From: Pseudomonadota bacterium
Lineage (GTDB): Bacteria; Myxococcota; JACRCW01; JAFGSX01
Direction: 5' to 3'
DNA: 45,422 bases
Assembly (NCBI GenBank): GCA_043821645.1
Contig: JBDRCO010000123.1
Location: 1 to 45,422 of the forward strand
Numbering within the stretch: the first letter of the stretch is position 1; each line of letters starts with the position of its first letter. Of the stretch, positions 1 through 9,425 are shown in pieces. The notes below the pieces were generated by a model. That model ran no database searches. It had not been told where the DNA came from and was given only the letters and a program-made list of their open reading frames with translations. A program made the translations under genes and the position numbers.

Positions 1-153
1 GTGTGCCAGTGACCAGCATCTGCTGATCTCGCGCCCTTCTCCTCCGAAATTCCGGCCGTTTTTTTGACCCCGGATCCTCCTTGCCCTACCCTGGGACAAA
101 GGTCGCCACCTGGCGACCACTGGCGCCCGGCGGCGCCACCAGGAGGTCCGGCC

Positions 154-585
154 ATGTTCAAGCACACCCCCTCGCGCCAGTACCCTCGCGTTCCTGTCGA
201 CGTCGTGGTCTCCGAACTTGATGGCGACCAGGCCTGCGCGGTGCGGGGCCGAGACATCTCGACCACGGGCCTGTACGTGGATGCCCTGCAGGGCAGCCTG
301 CTCGAGCGCGAGCAGCTCAGCGTGGAATTCTGCCTGCCCGGCGACGACGAGCCGGTGTGGGCCCTGTGCGACGTCGTGCGCGATGACCGGGTGGGTGCTC
401 ACGATGGCCATGCCCTGCGCTTCGCTCGCCTGGCCGAGCAGGACCGCCTGCGCATCGCCCACTATGTTCGTTCTTACTTCGAGCCTGTGGCCCGGCCGGT
501 GGCGCGCATCCAGACCGTGCAGCGTGCGGCCAGCACCGCGCGCAACATCTTCCTGTTCCGGGCTGTCGGAGAAATCCTTTGTTGA
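154..585 (+). CDS. PilZ domain protein (predicted c-di-GMP receptor)
   Basis: ATG at 154 follows AGGAGG (141-146). PilZ motifs RxxxR (RQYPR) and DxSxxG (DISTTG) are present, plus a 'GHALRF' C-terminal strand. Confidence 0.85.
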   Translation: MFKHTPSRQYPRVPVDVVVSELDGDQACAVRGRDISTTGLYVDALQGSLLEREQLSVEFCLPGDDEPVWALCDVVRDDRVGAHDGHALRFARLAEQDRLRIAHYVRSYFEPVARPVARIQTVQRAASTARNIFLFRAVGEILC

Positions 586-639
586 TACAAGCACTTGGAT
601 CTTGAGCCCCGGCACGGGGAATAAGCCAGCGGGGTCCCT

Positions 640-804
640 GGTTGTGCTGGCGAAGGTCGCGCACTCCTCACACGTGACCCTCGCGGTAGCCTCGGCGCGG
701 ACCATCAGGTGGTCGGGCCACCGCGGAGCTGGGACGCCCTCCACCCTGGCTCGGTCGCGCCACTTCCCCCCGCGGGCGGCCTCTGGGCCGCCCGTGCCTT
801 TTTT
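640..804 (+). ncRNA. Putative structured sRNA (Pxr-like); 5' end uncertain
   Basis: No credible ORF here. Hairpins at 650-684 (loop CACTCCTCACA), 708-722, 726-752 (C-rich loop) and 771-796 followed by a T6 run. The resemblance to Pxr is from memory and unverified. Confidence 0.4.
771..804 (+). terminator. Rho-independent terminator
   Basis: 11-bp stem CGCGGGCGGCC-TCTG-GGCCGCCCGTG, then CC and TTTTTT (799-804). Confidence 0.85.
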
Positions 805-808
805 GTCT

Positions 809-950
809 GGAGGGTCTGTCGGGCAGACCCTCCCCCGCCGAAATGAATCCGGCGGGGCCCCCTCCCAACCAGCGCCGTCAGGGACACCTCGCGCCCTGCG
901 GGGGCTCGGTGACGTGGCATTGTCAACGTGTCTGTCGGGCAGACCCTCCC
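809..950. repeat. REP-like palindrome with a 21-bp direct repeat
   Basis: Palindrome GGAGGGTCTGT-CGG-GCAGACCCTCC at 809-833. GTCTGTCGGGCAGACCCTCCC is identical at 814-834 and 930-950. Confidence 0.7.
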
Positions 951-1043
951 ACCAATTGCTGCCGCCGAGTGCGCCCGCGCACTGCTTCCTTGATTGCTCG
1001 ATGGCAGGGCTCGACGTACCCTGCGCCTGGACCTGAGTCGACC

Positions 1044-1742
1044 ATGGAACGCGAACTCAAGGCGCTCCAGCAGCGCATCGGCTACACCTTCGGGGATGTG
1101 CACATCCTCGAGCAGGCGCTCACCCACCGCTCCTACACCAACGAGCATCCACGGGCAGCCCACAACGAGCGGCTGGAGTTCCTGGGCGACGCCGTGCTGG
1201 GACTGTATGTGAGCGATGCGCTGTTCTCGCGCTGCCAGGCCTCGCAGGAAGGCGAGCTGTCCCGCCGGCGGGCCGCCCTCGTCAACGCCCGCGCGCTGGC
1301 GCGGCAGGCCAGGGCCCTCGACCTCGGGCCCCTGCTGCGTCTCGGTCGCGGGGAGATCCAGTCCGGTGGTGCCAGCAAGGGATCCCTGCTCGCCGACGCC
1401 ATGGAAGCACTCATCGGAGCCGTCTACGTCGACGGCGGTGCGCAGGCGGCACATGGTGTCCTCGTGGGCATCCTCGAATCTGCCCTGAACCGTACCGTGG
1501 ACGCCCAGGCTCCGCACGACGCCAAGAGCGCCCTGCAGGAGCGCACGCAGCACGGAGGCCTCGGCTTGCCCGTGTACGAGGTCCTGGCCAGCGAGGGACC
1601 GGACCACGCGCGCGAGTACGCCGTTCAGGTTACGGTCGCGGGCTCCGCTCTGCCCACGGCGCGCGGCACGGGCTCGTCCAAGAAGCGAGCGGAGCACGCA
1701 GCCGCCGAGGCCCTGCTCGCACTGCTCGACGAGCCAGCGTGA
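1044..1742 (+). CDS. rnc: Ribonuclease III
   Basis: ALTHRS, the signature NERLEFLGDAVL, LADAMEALIGA and a C-terminal dsRBD (DAKSALQE...GPDH...GSSKKRAE). Start trimmed to ATG 1044 (MERELK). Confidence 0.97.
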   Translation: MERELKALQQRIGYTFGDVHILEQALTHRSYTNEHPRAAHNERLEFLGDAVLGLYVSDALFSRCQASQEGELSRRRAALVNARALARQARALDLGPLLRLGRGEIQSGGASKGSLLADAMEALIGAVYVDGGAQAAHGVLVGILESALNRTVDAQAPHDAKSALQERTQHGGLGLPVYEVLASEGPDHAREYAVQVTVAGSALPTARGTGSSKKRAEHAAAEALLALLDEPA

Positions 1743-2665
1743 TCACCAGCGCAGCACTGGTGGCTGCCGCCCTGGCCGAGGGCTTCGACCTCGCCGGCGT
1801 GTGCTCGCCAGCGGTCGAGGCCGTGGACCGCATGGCATGGCAGCGCTTCGTCGCACTCGGCTACGACGTGGGCATGCCCTTCCTGCGCCAGACCCATCAA
1901 GCCAGGGAGCGGGGCGCTGCCGGGCTCATCGCCCGGGCGCGTTCTGTCCTCGTCGTGGCCAGGAGCTACCGGCGACCGGAACTCGACCGCGCCGGACTCG
2001 CCGTGGCGCGCTATGCCCTGGGCAAGGACTACCACCTCGTGCTCAGACGCGACCTCGCGCGCATGATGTTCCGGGTGCGAGACCAGGCGCCTGGCCTCGA
2101 CTACCGTCTCTGCGTGGACACCTCACCCCTGCTCGAGCGCGCCCTCGCCCGGCAGGCCGGTCTCGGCTGGATTGGCCACAACGGGATGTTGATCTCGCGC
2201 CCCCTCGGCAGCTACACCTTGCTCGGTGCGGTGATCCTCGACCTGGACCTCGAGCCCCTGCCAGCGCTCGACGAGGCCAGTGCTCCGGGGTGTGGGCGCT
2301 GCACCGCCTGCATGACCGCGTGCCCCACCGGCGCCATCGTGGCACCCGCGGTTGTCGACCCCCGCCGCTGCATCTCCTACTGGACCATCGAGCACAGGGG
2401 ACGCTTCTCGGCAGACACTCCGGACCTCGATGGCTGGGTCTTCGGCTGCGACCGCTGCCAGGAGATCTGCCCCGTGTCCGGCGGTGACAGGCTGGGTCGG
2501 GACCCCCGCCTGGAGCCCCGCGCGGGTCTGCGTGCCCTCGATGCGCAGGCCATTCTCGAGCTTGACGACAAGAATCTGCGAGCACGTATCGCAGGCAGCC
2601 CGGTCACCCGCGCAGGCCTGGCCGGTCTACGCCGCAACGCGCGATGGATCGCGAAAAGGCGCTAG
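1739..2665 (+). CDS. queG: Epoxyqueuosine reductase
   Basis: ARYALGKDYH, VDTSPLLER, AGLGWIGHN, and the Fe-S motifs CGRCTACMTACP, CISYWTIE and GCDRCQEICP. GTGA overlap with rnc. Confidence 0.92.
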   Translation: MITSAALVAAALAEGFDLAGVCSPAVEAVDRMAWQRFVALGYDVGMPFLRQTHQARERGAAGLIARARSVLVVARSYRRPELDRAGLAVARYALGKDYHLVLRRDLARMMFRVRDQAPGLDYRLCVDTSPLLERALARQAGLGWIGHNGMLISRPLGSYTLLGAVILDLDLEPLPALDEASAPGCGRCTACMTACPTGAIVAPAVVDPRRCISYWTIEHRGRFSADTPDLDGWVFGCDRCQEICPVSGGDRLGRDPRLEPRAGLRALDAQAILELDDKNLRARIAGSPVTRAGLAGLRRNARWIAKRR

Positions 2666-3912
2666 CGCTTCTTCTTGCCCTTGGGCTTTTCGGGGGCCTT
2701 GGGTGCCGGCTCGAAGATCAAGGAGAAGTCCACGTCCACCGGCTCGCCCTCGGGCTTGACGAAGCTGTGGCCGGCCACCTCCTTCTCGATGCAGCCCCGC
2801 ACCACCGCGTTGTCGAGGGGATCCTTGACGATCTTGATGTTGCTCGCCGCACCGTCCATGCCGATGCGAGCGCTGACGCTGATCGAGGTCTGCTCGGCGA
2901 TCTTCTCCTTGAGCTCGGCGTCGCAGCAGGTCTTGACCTTGGCGTTCACGGCCTCGACGGCCGACCGGAAAGCCTCGACGTCGATCTTGCCCTTGGGGGC
3001 CGGCGGCTCCTTGGGGGTTGCCGCCTCGGTGCGGGCCTTCTCGTCGCGGATCTTCTTCTCGTCGAGGTAGTCCACATACAGCGCCGCGAAGATCACCCCG
3101 ACGGCCAGCAGCACGAAGGCCACCACTGCCAGGATGGCTGCCTTGGTCTTGTCCTTCTTGGGGACGAGGTCCGGCAAGGGGATCGAGTCGACGGTGTGGA
3201 CCCTGAAGATCTCCGCCGCGGCACCGCGCCCGGTCTCGCCCATGCTCACGCCCTGCATCTTCTCCACGGCAACCGCGTGCAGCGATGCTTCGAGGTGAGC
3301 GCGATCGATCTTGAGGTCCTTGCCCGCAGAATAGTAGGCCGCCACGTCGGGCAGCTTGTGCTCAGGCTTGTCGAGGTGAGCGCGGGCACAGGCAAAGCTG
3401 AGCGCGCGATCGAGATCGTCCGCGGTGAAGGTGAAGTTGTGCTCGGCCGCGGCCTCCTCGGCCCCGGCCGCAGGTGCAGGCTCCTGGGCCTGGGCGGGTG
3501 GCGACGCAGGCGGTGGAGGCGCGGGCGGTGGAGGCGCGGGCGGTGGCGGCTCAGGAGCGGCCGGTGGTGGCGCAGCGGCCACGGGGGGAGCGACAGGAGC
3601 CGGAGGCCGCGTGGCAGGCCGCGGTGCGGGAGCCGGAGCCGCAGGTGGCGGAGCAGCGACGGGCGGTGACACTGCCGGAGCTGGCGGACGCGTGGCAGGT
3701 CGCGGCGCAGGCGCCGGGGCGGCCGGTGACGCCACGGGCGGTGGCGCTGCAGGTGTCGGCGCGACGGCCGCCTGCATGGGCACCGTACCTCCCGCGGGCG
3801 CGGCGGGAGCCGGCGCTGGCGGTGGCGCCGCGGGCTGGCCCTGCTTGGTCCCGCAGGCCGGACAGAACTTGGCGGTATCGGGGAGATCCATCTGGCACTT
3901 GATGCACTTCAT
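2662..3912 (-). CDS. Zinc-ribbon, Pro-rich, single-TM protein with a TonB/AgmX-PglI-like C-terminal domain
   Basis: N-terminal CIKC...FCPACG, a Pro/Ala linker with a tandem repeat, one TM (AAILAVVAFVLLAVGVIFAAL) and a C-terminal domain with Cys spacing and a 'VDFSLIF' end typical of myxobacterial TonB-like domains. Confidence 0.7.
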   Translation of the reverse strand: MKCIKCQMDLPDTAKFCPACGTKQGQPAAPPPAPAPAAPAGGTVPMQAAVAPTPAAPPPVASPAAPAPAPRPATRPPAPAVSPPVAAPPPAAPAPAPRPATRPPAPVAPPVAAAPPPAAPEPPPPAPPPPAPPPPASPPAQAQEPAPAAGAEEAAAEHNFTFTADDLDRALSFACARAHLDKPEHKLPDVAAYYSAGKDLKIDRAHLEASLHAVAVEKMQGVSMGETGRGAAAEIFRVHTVDSIPLPDLVPKKDKTKAAILAVVAFVLLAVGVIFAALYVDYLDEKKIRDEKARTEAATPKEPPAPKGKIDVEAFRSAVEAVNAKVKTCCDAELKEKIAEQTSISVSARIGMDGAASNIKIVKDPLDNAVVRGCIEKEVAGHSFVKPEGEPVDVDFSLIFEPAPKAPEKPKGKKKR

Positions 3913-4024
3913 GAGGCCAGAATTTGCCACGGATGCGAGCCGGTGTCACCCCGCTTGGAGAGGCCGCGAGCCGGCGCCCTGGCGACGGGAAGGCTGCCGC
4001 GGCTGACGGGCCCGGAAGCCCTGA

Positions 4025-5371
4025 TCAACTCATCACATTGATGGTGTTGGAACCGGTTTTGAAGACCTTGAGCGGCTGGATGGCCATGCACTTCATGAAC
4101 ACGCGCAGCAGGTGGGGATCGAACTTGTAGCGCATCTCGCCCACCATCAGGGTCATGGCCACCTCGGGGCCGTAGGCCTCGCGGAAGGGGCGTGAGCTGG
4201 TCAAGGCGTCGTAGCAGGCCGCGATGGCGATGATCTTGCCAAACACGCTGAGCTCGACCTTGGGCAGCATCAGCTTGACCTTGCCATCCTTGTCCTTCAT
4301 CGGCAGCGAGTAGTCGACCTTGGACTCGTAGGCCGCCACCATGCGTTTCAGGGTGGATCGATCGATGAAGCGACCACGCAGCATGGTCTTGACGGTGTGC
4401 AGCGGGTAGAGGTCGATGACTCGCCGCTCCTGCTTGGTCAGGCCCTTCTTGCGCGTCAGGATGGTGTCCGGGATCTCGGCCATGCCGATGTCGTGAAACA
4501 GTGCGGCCATGCTGAGCTCGTGCAGCTGGACTCTATCCATGCCCAGTTCGCTCCCGAGCACCACGGACAGCAGGCAGGTGTTTACCGAATGGTACTGCAG
4601 GTATTCCTCGACGCTGCGGGTCGTGGTCATGCCCAGGAAGTGATTGCGCTGCTCGTGGCAGATGTCGACCACATCCTGCGCCAGGCGACCTGCTCGCGAC
4701 ATCGAGGGCAGGGCAGCGCCCTCCTTCATCTGCTGGAAGTACTTGCGCATGAAGTACACGGTTCGCGCGTAGACCAGCAGCGCGTACTTCTTGCGATCGA
4801 CATTCCGCTGCTCGTCGACGTCGTCGTCCTCCATCTTGTCGAGGAGTTCCTTGATGCGCGCAAAGCGCCCGATGCGCAGGTTGGCGAAGCGCTTGTCACC
4901 GATGCGGTCCTCGGCGACCTCGTCGCTGCTCTCGTGCGAGAACACCGAGATAAAATCGCGCAGCTCGGGCACCGACACGTTGCGCTGCACGGCGAAGCCA
5001 CCGATGTGGTGCGCCTTCATCTCCTCGGTCAAGAAGCGCACGTTGTCGATGGCGGTGAAATCGAGTCTCAGCTGGCGGCCATTGAGATAGCAGGTTGCTT
5101 CCACGGCCTGCAGGTTGAAGGCTCCGTCGGCGGCAACGATGGTGTTGATCTGGTCGCGCAGGGCCTCGAGAGGCTTGACGAAGATCTCGTTCTCCGCCGA
5201 GTGCAACTTGACGTTGCGGACCAGCATGTACAGGGTCGCCAGCGCCTGGCGACCAATGAGGTCGACCTTCTGGGAACGGCTCCACTTCTTGACGTCCCAG
5301 GTCTCGAGCTTGTCACCACCAAACGACGTGAACTCGGTGGATGCGCTGTCTTGAGGAGGGCTTCCAGACAC
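4025..5371 (-). CDS. HD-GYP-family protein with degenerate catalytic motifs
   Basis: HSVN, AALFHDIG, YDALTSSRPFR and KFDP are present. The HHE..DGxGYP segment is replaced by YESKVDYSLP. Confidence 0.85.
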   Translation of the reverse strand: MSGSPPQDSASTEFTSFGGDKLETWDVKKWSRSQKVDLIGRQALATLYMLVRNVKLHSAENEIFVKPLEALRDQINTIVAADGAFNLQAVEATCYLNGRQLRLDFTAIDNVRFLTEEMKAHHIGGFAVQRNVSVPELRDFISVFSHESSDEVAEDRIGDKRFANLRIGRFARIKELLDKMEDDDVDEQRNVDRKKYALLVYARTVYFMRKYFQQMKEGAALPSMSRAGRLAQDVVDICHEQRNHFLGMTTTRSVEEYLQYHSVNTCLLSVVLGSELGMDRVQLHELSMAALFHDIGMAEIPDTILTRKKGLTKQERRVIDLYPLHTVKTMLRGRFIDRSTLKRMVAAYESKVDYSLPMKDKDGKVKLMLPKVELSVFGKIIAIAACYDALTSSRPFREAYGPEVAMTLMVGEMRYKFDPHLLRVFMKCMAIQPLKVFKTGSNTINVMS

Positions 5372-5380
5372 AGTTCCCCT

Positions 5381-7189
5381 CTACTTGCGGCCGCCGACCA
5401 GGCGCTCGCGCATCTCCAGAGCTGCCACGCGCGCGGCCTCGGCGACTTCCTTGGAATTGGTATCCAGGTTCTGGGCTTGCGCTGCCAAAAACTGGAACAC
5501 CGGAATGGATGGAGACAGCGCAAGGGACTCGATGATCAGAAGCTTGATGTCATCGTGCTTCTTGCGATTGAGCAGGCCGCCCTTCTGGGCAAACACACCG
5601 GCCAGGTACTCGTTGCCCTGGGGATGGTTCAGGGTCGACAGGGCGTGCACGATGGTCTTCTGCTCGTTGCGCTCACGTTTATCAAAGCTGTCATGCTGGA
5701 TGGACTTGAGCAGGATCTCCACGGCTCGATTGGGCTCGTAGTTCGGGATCAGTCGTGCCGCTGCGGTGCGCAGCTGCGGATCGTCGCCGGAGAAACAGTT
5801 GAGCACGATCTTGAAGCACTCCTCGGTCGGGTTGCGGCCGATGGTCTGCAAGGCCTCGAGGCGCAGGATGGTGTTGGGGTGCGAGAGCACCCTGGCGAAC
5901 ATGTGGAACTTCCTGTCGAAGTCGGCCTTGTCGATGATGTACAGCATGTCCTTGACCATGTTCGACGACGGATGGTCCAGGCGTGCTCCGAACACGTGAC
6001 CGTGCTGCTTGCCAATGGCCACGAGGACATCGCAGATGAGGCGCCGGTTCGCGAAGATCTCGATCGACTCCAGCATGTCGCAGATCATCGGCACGGAGTC
6101 GCCGACGAGGGTGGTCAGGTACGCCTTGAGTCCCTCAGGGTCCTTGACCGGGCCCGTGTTGAGCCGCTGCGAGATCATCGACAGCCGCTGGGACTCCCCC
6201 ATGCGGTCGATGAAGCGCTGCGCCGCCAGCCCGACCAGAGTCCGCACGTCGGGTTTGAGGTTCTTCTGCATGCGCGATGAGAAGCGATCGCGGATCTGCT
6301 GGATCCCGGCAAAATCACCCGCCAGCAACATGGCATCGAGCAACTGTACGAAACCCTCGGCCACGTCCTCGAAGGTCTCTTGCGTGGTGTCCAGCTCGAG
6401 GAGCTGGAACAGGATGACCACCATCTTGGGGAGCAGGCGCTCGGCGTCCTCCTCCTCGAGGCTGCGCTGCACTCGCTCGCGATCCGCATGGGTCGCGGTG
6501 ACGCCCTCGATGACGCCCTCGCGCATGGTGTCGACGTCCGTGAGTTTCAGGTCCAGGTCCTCGAGCGACACGCGGGCGAAGCGCTGCACGTCCTCGCTGT
6601 TGGACTGAAGCTGGCGGTAGAGGTAGCGAACAACCTTGTCAACCTCGACCTTGACCTCCTCCTCGTCCTCGTCCTCCATGGCCTTGAAGCTCTCGACCAC
6701 GATCCATTCGATGCTCTGAAGCTGTAGCTTCCACAGGCGGGTGATCAGGTCGTCCTGGGTCAACCGCGCTTCCTTGTCGTCGATGATCAAGAGCAAGAAC
6801 TTGAGCAGCTCATCGAGGGTGAGCCCGTCCTTGAACATCAGCAGGCGGATGCCGTGCTGGTAGAAGGGGAAGCACAGGTTGCCCTCGCGGGACTCGTCCC
6901 GGAACACCTCGACGCCGCGAAAGCGGTAGTTGATGGCACCCACGCGCAGGTCGAGCATGCTGTTGCGGCGCAGGTAGTCCGACAGCCTCGAGAACACATC
7001 GGACAGGTACTCGCCGTAGCGATCCACGTTGTGGCGGTACAGCCCGATCTGCTTCAGGGCCTTGCCGAGCTTGTTGAAGATCTCTTTGACTTCATGAACC
7101 TGGGCAACCTCCTCGGCGCTCAGGTTCTGCCCGTCCACGACCGCGGTCTTGGTCTTGGTCTTGGCGTTGGTGATGCCAGTGTCGCTCAT
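5381..7189 (-). CDS. HEAT-repeat protein
   Basis: C-terminal HEAT-like repeats (LSHPNTILRLEALQTIG, DDPQLRTAAARLI). ATG 7189 follows GGAGG, and the gene ends 9 bp before the HD-GYP gene. Confidence 0.8.
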   Translation of the reverse strand: MSDTGITNAKTKTKTAVVDGQNLSAEEVAQVHEVKEIFNKLGKALKQIGLYRHNVDRYGEYLSDVFSRLSDYLRRNSMLDLRVGAINYRFRGVEVFRDESREGNLCFPFYQHGIRLLMFKDGLTLDELLKFLLLIIDDKEARLTQDDLITRLWKLQLQSIEWIVVESFKAMEDEDEEEVKVEVDKVVRYLYRQLQSNSEDVQRFARVSLEDLDLKLTDVDTMREGVIEGVTATHADRERVQRSLEEEDAERLLPKMVVILFQLLELDTTQETFEDVAEGFVQLLDAMLLAGDFAGIQQIRDRFSSRMQKNLKPDVRTLVGLAAQRFIDRMGESQRLSMISQRLNTGPVKDPEGLKAYLTTLVGDSVPMICDMLESIEIFANRRLICDVLVAIGKQHGHVFGARLDHPSSNMVKDMLYIIDKADFDRKFHMFARVLSHPNTILRLEALQTIGRNPTEECFKIVLNCFSGDDPQLRTAAARLIPNYEPNRAVEILLKSIQHDSFDKRERNEQKTIVHALSTLNHPQGNEYLAGVFAQKGGLLNRKKHDDIKLLIIESLALSPSIPVFQFLAAQAQNLDTNSKEVAEAARVAALEMRERLVGGRK

Positions 7190-7257
7190 GCCCGGTCGTC
7201 CTCCGGTCTCAGCGTAGCAAAGCCCGGGCTCGGGCGGAAGCGGCCCGGCATCTCGGT

Positions 7258-8835
7258 TCAGCGTCGGCGGCGGCGATTCAGGGCATCCAGCAGGACCCCG
7301 ATCTCGCGGCTGCCCAGGAGGTGGCTCAGCCCGAGATAGAGTGCCACACCACCTGCGATGGCCAGGCCCAGCACGGCGATGTTGGCCAGGGACCTCGGGC
7401 CAAGCCCCCAGGTCCCGAGCTGCGCCACCCCCCACACACCGACACCCATGCCCGCACTCGCTGCGAGCTGCTGAAGCCCGGCCACGACCACGCGGCGCAA
7501 GCCCATGGGTCCAAGCCTGCGCCGCAGCAACATCAGCAGCAGTCCGGCCTGGGCCGCACTCGACAGGCTCAGGGTGGCGGCCAGTCCTGCGACCTCGTAG
7601 GGGCCGACGAGGATCATGCCGACCGTCGTGTTGACGAACAGGATCACGAACGCGACCTCGACCGGTGTGCGCGTGTCGCCGAGGGCGTAAAAGGTCTGGA
7701 CGATCACTCGCACCGCGGCAATGGCCAGCAGACCCGGGGCAAAGGCCAGCAGCGCGCGTGTGGTGTAGGCCACGTCGGCGGCGTCGAAGCGGCCGTGCAG
7801 GTACAGCACGGACACGATGGGCTCACCCAGGAGAACCAGGCCCACCGCGGCCGGGACGGTGACGAAGTTGGTCAAAGAGAAGCTGTCGGTAAAGGTCCGC
7901 AGCATGCCCACGTGGTCCTTGCGCGCGGCCTGGTCGCTCAACGACGGCAGGGCCGCGGTGGCGATGGCGATGGCAAACACGCCCAGGGCGAGCTCCATCA
8001 GGCGGTCTGCGTTGTAGTAGTACGAGATGTGTCCCTCGGGCAGAAACGAGGCCAGCTGCCTGAGCACGATGATGTTGACCTGGTAGACGGCAAGTCCGAA
8101 CACCGCGGGCACCATCAGTCGCAACAACTTGCGCACGGCAGGCTGCGCCACATCGAGAGAGGGCCGCGGTATCAGGCCCCGCCGCATCATGAAGGGGACC
8201 TGCAGCAGCAACTGGGCGAGGCCTCCGGCCAGGACGCCGATCGCCACACCGAGAATGGGGGGATCGAACAGATCAGACGCCAGGGCGCCACCGACGATGC
8301 ACACATTGAGCAGCACGGGTGCTGCGGCCGGAGCCGCGAAGTGCTTGTGCGCGTTGAGCACGCCCATGCACAGCGCCACGCCGCTGATGAAGAACAGGTA
8401 CGGGAACATCCAGCGTGTCAGCGTGGTGGTCAGGGCCAGCTGGGCGGGGTGATCAGAAAAGCCCGAGGCGAAGAGCATCACCAGCGCACTGGCGAACACA
8501 CAGCCCAGGGCGACCAGCGCGCCGACGAAGAGGAACAGTAACGTGAACACCGTGTCGCTCAGGTGCTGGGCGGCCTGCAGACCCTCGCGCTCGCGGGTCT
8601 CGCTGTACACGGGAATGAACGCGATGGTCAGCGCGCCTTCGGCGACCAGTCTGCGAAACACGTTGGGGATCGTGAAGGCGATGAAGAAGGCGTCGGTGGC
8701 CGCACTGGCGCCATACATATGAAACAGCACGATGTCGCGGACGGCACCGAAGACGCGGGACAGCATGGTGAACAGCGCCACCACGCCGGCCCGGCGCGTG
8801 ATGTGAGCGACCTCCGACTGCGCAGCGTCGCTCAT
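7258..8835 (-). CDS. murJ: Lipid II flippase MurJ
   Basis: SRVFGAVRD, DAFFIAFTIPNVFRRLVAEGA, ADRLMELALGVF and FYALGDTRTP in a 525-aa polytopic protein. Confidence 0.96.
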   Translation of the reverse strand: MSDAAQSEVAHITRRAGVVALFTMLSRVFGAVRDIVLFHMYGASAATDAFFIAFTIPNVFRRLVAEGALTIAFIPVYSETREREGLQAAQHLSDTVFTLLFLFVGALVALGCVFASALVMLFASGFSDHPAQLALTTTLTRWMFPYLFFISGVALCMGVLNAHKHFAAPAAAPVLLNVCIVGGALASDLFDPPILGVAIGVLAGGLAQLLLQVPFMMRRGLIPRPSLDVAQPAVRKLLRLMVPAVFGLAVYQVNIIVLRQLASFLPEGHISYYYNADRLMELALGVFAIAIATAALPSLSDQAARKDHVGMLRTFTDSFSLTNFVTVPAAVGLVLLGEPIVSVLYLHGRFDAADVAYTTRALLAFAPGLLAIAAVRVIVQTFYALGDTRTPVEVAFVILFVNTTVGMILVGPYEVAGLAATLSLSSAAQAGLLLMLLRRRLGPMGLRRVVVAGLQQLAASAGMGVGVWGVAQLGTWGLGPRSLANIAVLGLAIAGGVALYLGLSHLLGSREIGVLLDALNRRRRR

Positions 8836-8940
8836 GTCCTGCCGCGAGGGCTGTCGATCATCATGACAGGCCGTGTGGCATGGCGATCACGACCGGTGCC
8901 GGGGCGAGACCCTGCGGTCCGCCCGGACCACGCCGTGCAG

Positions 8941-9291
8941 CTACATGGTGCTCGAGGTCGTGCCAGGATCGGGGGACACCGCCGCACCGTCGGCGGAGGT
9001 GGTGCCGGGCGACTCCACCTGGTCAACGCGCTCCTTGAGCTCCTTGCCAACCTTGAAGAAAGGCAGCTTCTTGGGAGGCACGTTGATGGTCTCGCCCGTG
9101 CGCGGGTTGCGCCCCGTGTAAGCGCCGTAGTTCTTGATGGTGAAGCTCCCAAAGCCTCGGATCTCGATGCGATCTCCCTTGACCAGGGCGTCGGTCATCG
9201 AGTCGAAGATCAGGTTGACCACCGCCTCAGCCCGCTTGCGCGTGATCTTGGCGCGCTCTGCCAGGATCTCGACCAGTTCCGACTTGTTCAT
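8941..9291 (-). CDS. ihfB: Integration host factor beta / HU family protein
   Basis: MNKSEL...RIEIRGFGSF...GRNPRTGE...PFFKVGKELKERVD. Confidence 0.9.
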   Translation of the reverse strand: MNKSELVEILAERAKITRKRAEAVVNLIFDSMTDALVKGDRIEIRGFGSFTIKNYGAYTGRNPRTGETINVPPKKLPFFKVGKELKERVDQVESPGTTSADGAAVSPDPGTTSSTM

Positions 9292-9346
9292 GGGCTTCCT
9301 CCGAAGCGACCTGGCTCCTGCCCTGCAGCGATCTGACAATCAGGCT

Positions 9347-9375
9347 TAACTATGCGTGATCCATCGCATTGTCAA
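9347..9375 (-). promoter_or_regulatory. Putative sigma70 promoter of ihfB
   Basis: Minus-strand TTGACA-N17-TAGTTA. Confidence 0.5.
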
Positions 9376-9425
9376 GCCCAAGGCCAGCCCATGGTCGGCT
9401 GACCTCCGCCGCGCCGAGCGGGTAT

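Noticed and set aside
610-626. Sigma54 promoter for the sRNA candidate
   Set aside because: GGCACG is present but the -12 position reads AA, not GC, so it is not called as a feature.
4397-6280. 627-aa plus-strand ORF, and similar long ORFs at 14729-16552, 22119-23429, 28993-30612 and 38487-40469
   Set aside because: Antisense shadows of well-supported genes, as expected in high-GC DNA; no recognisable motifs.
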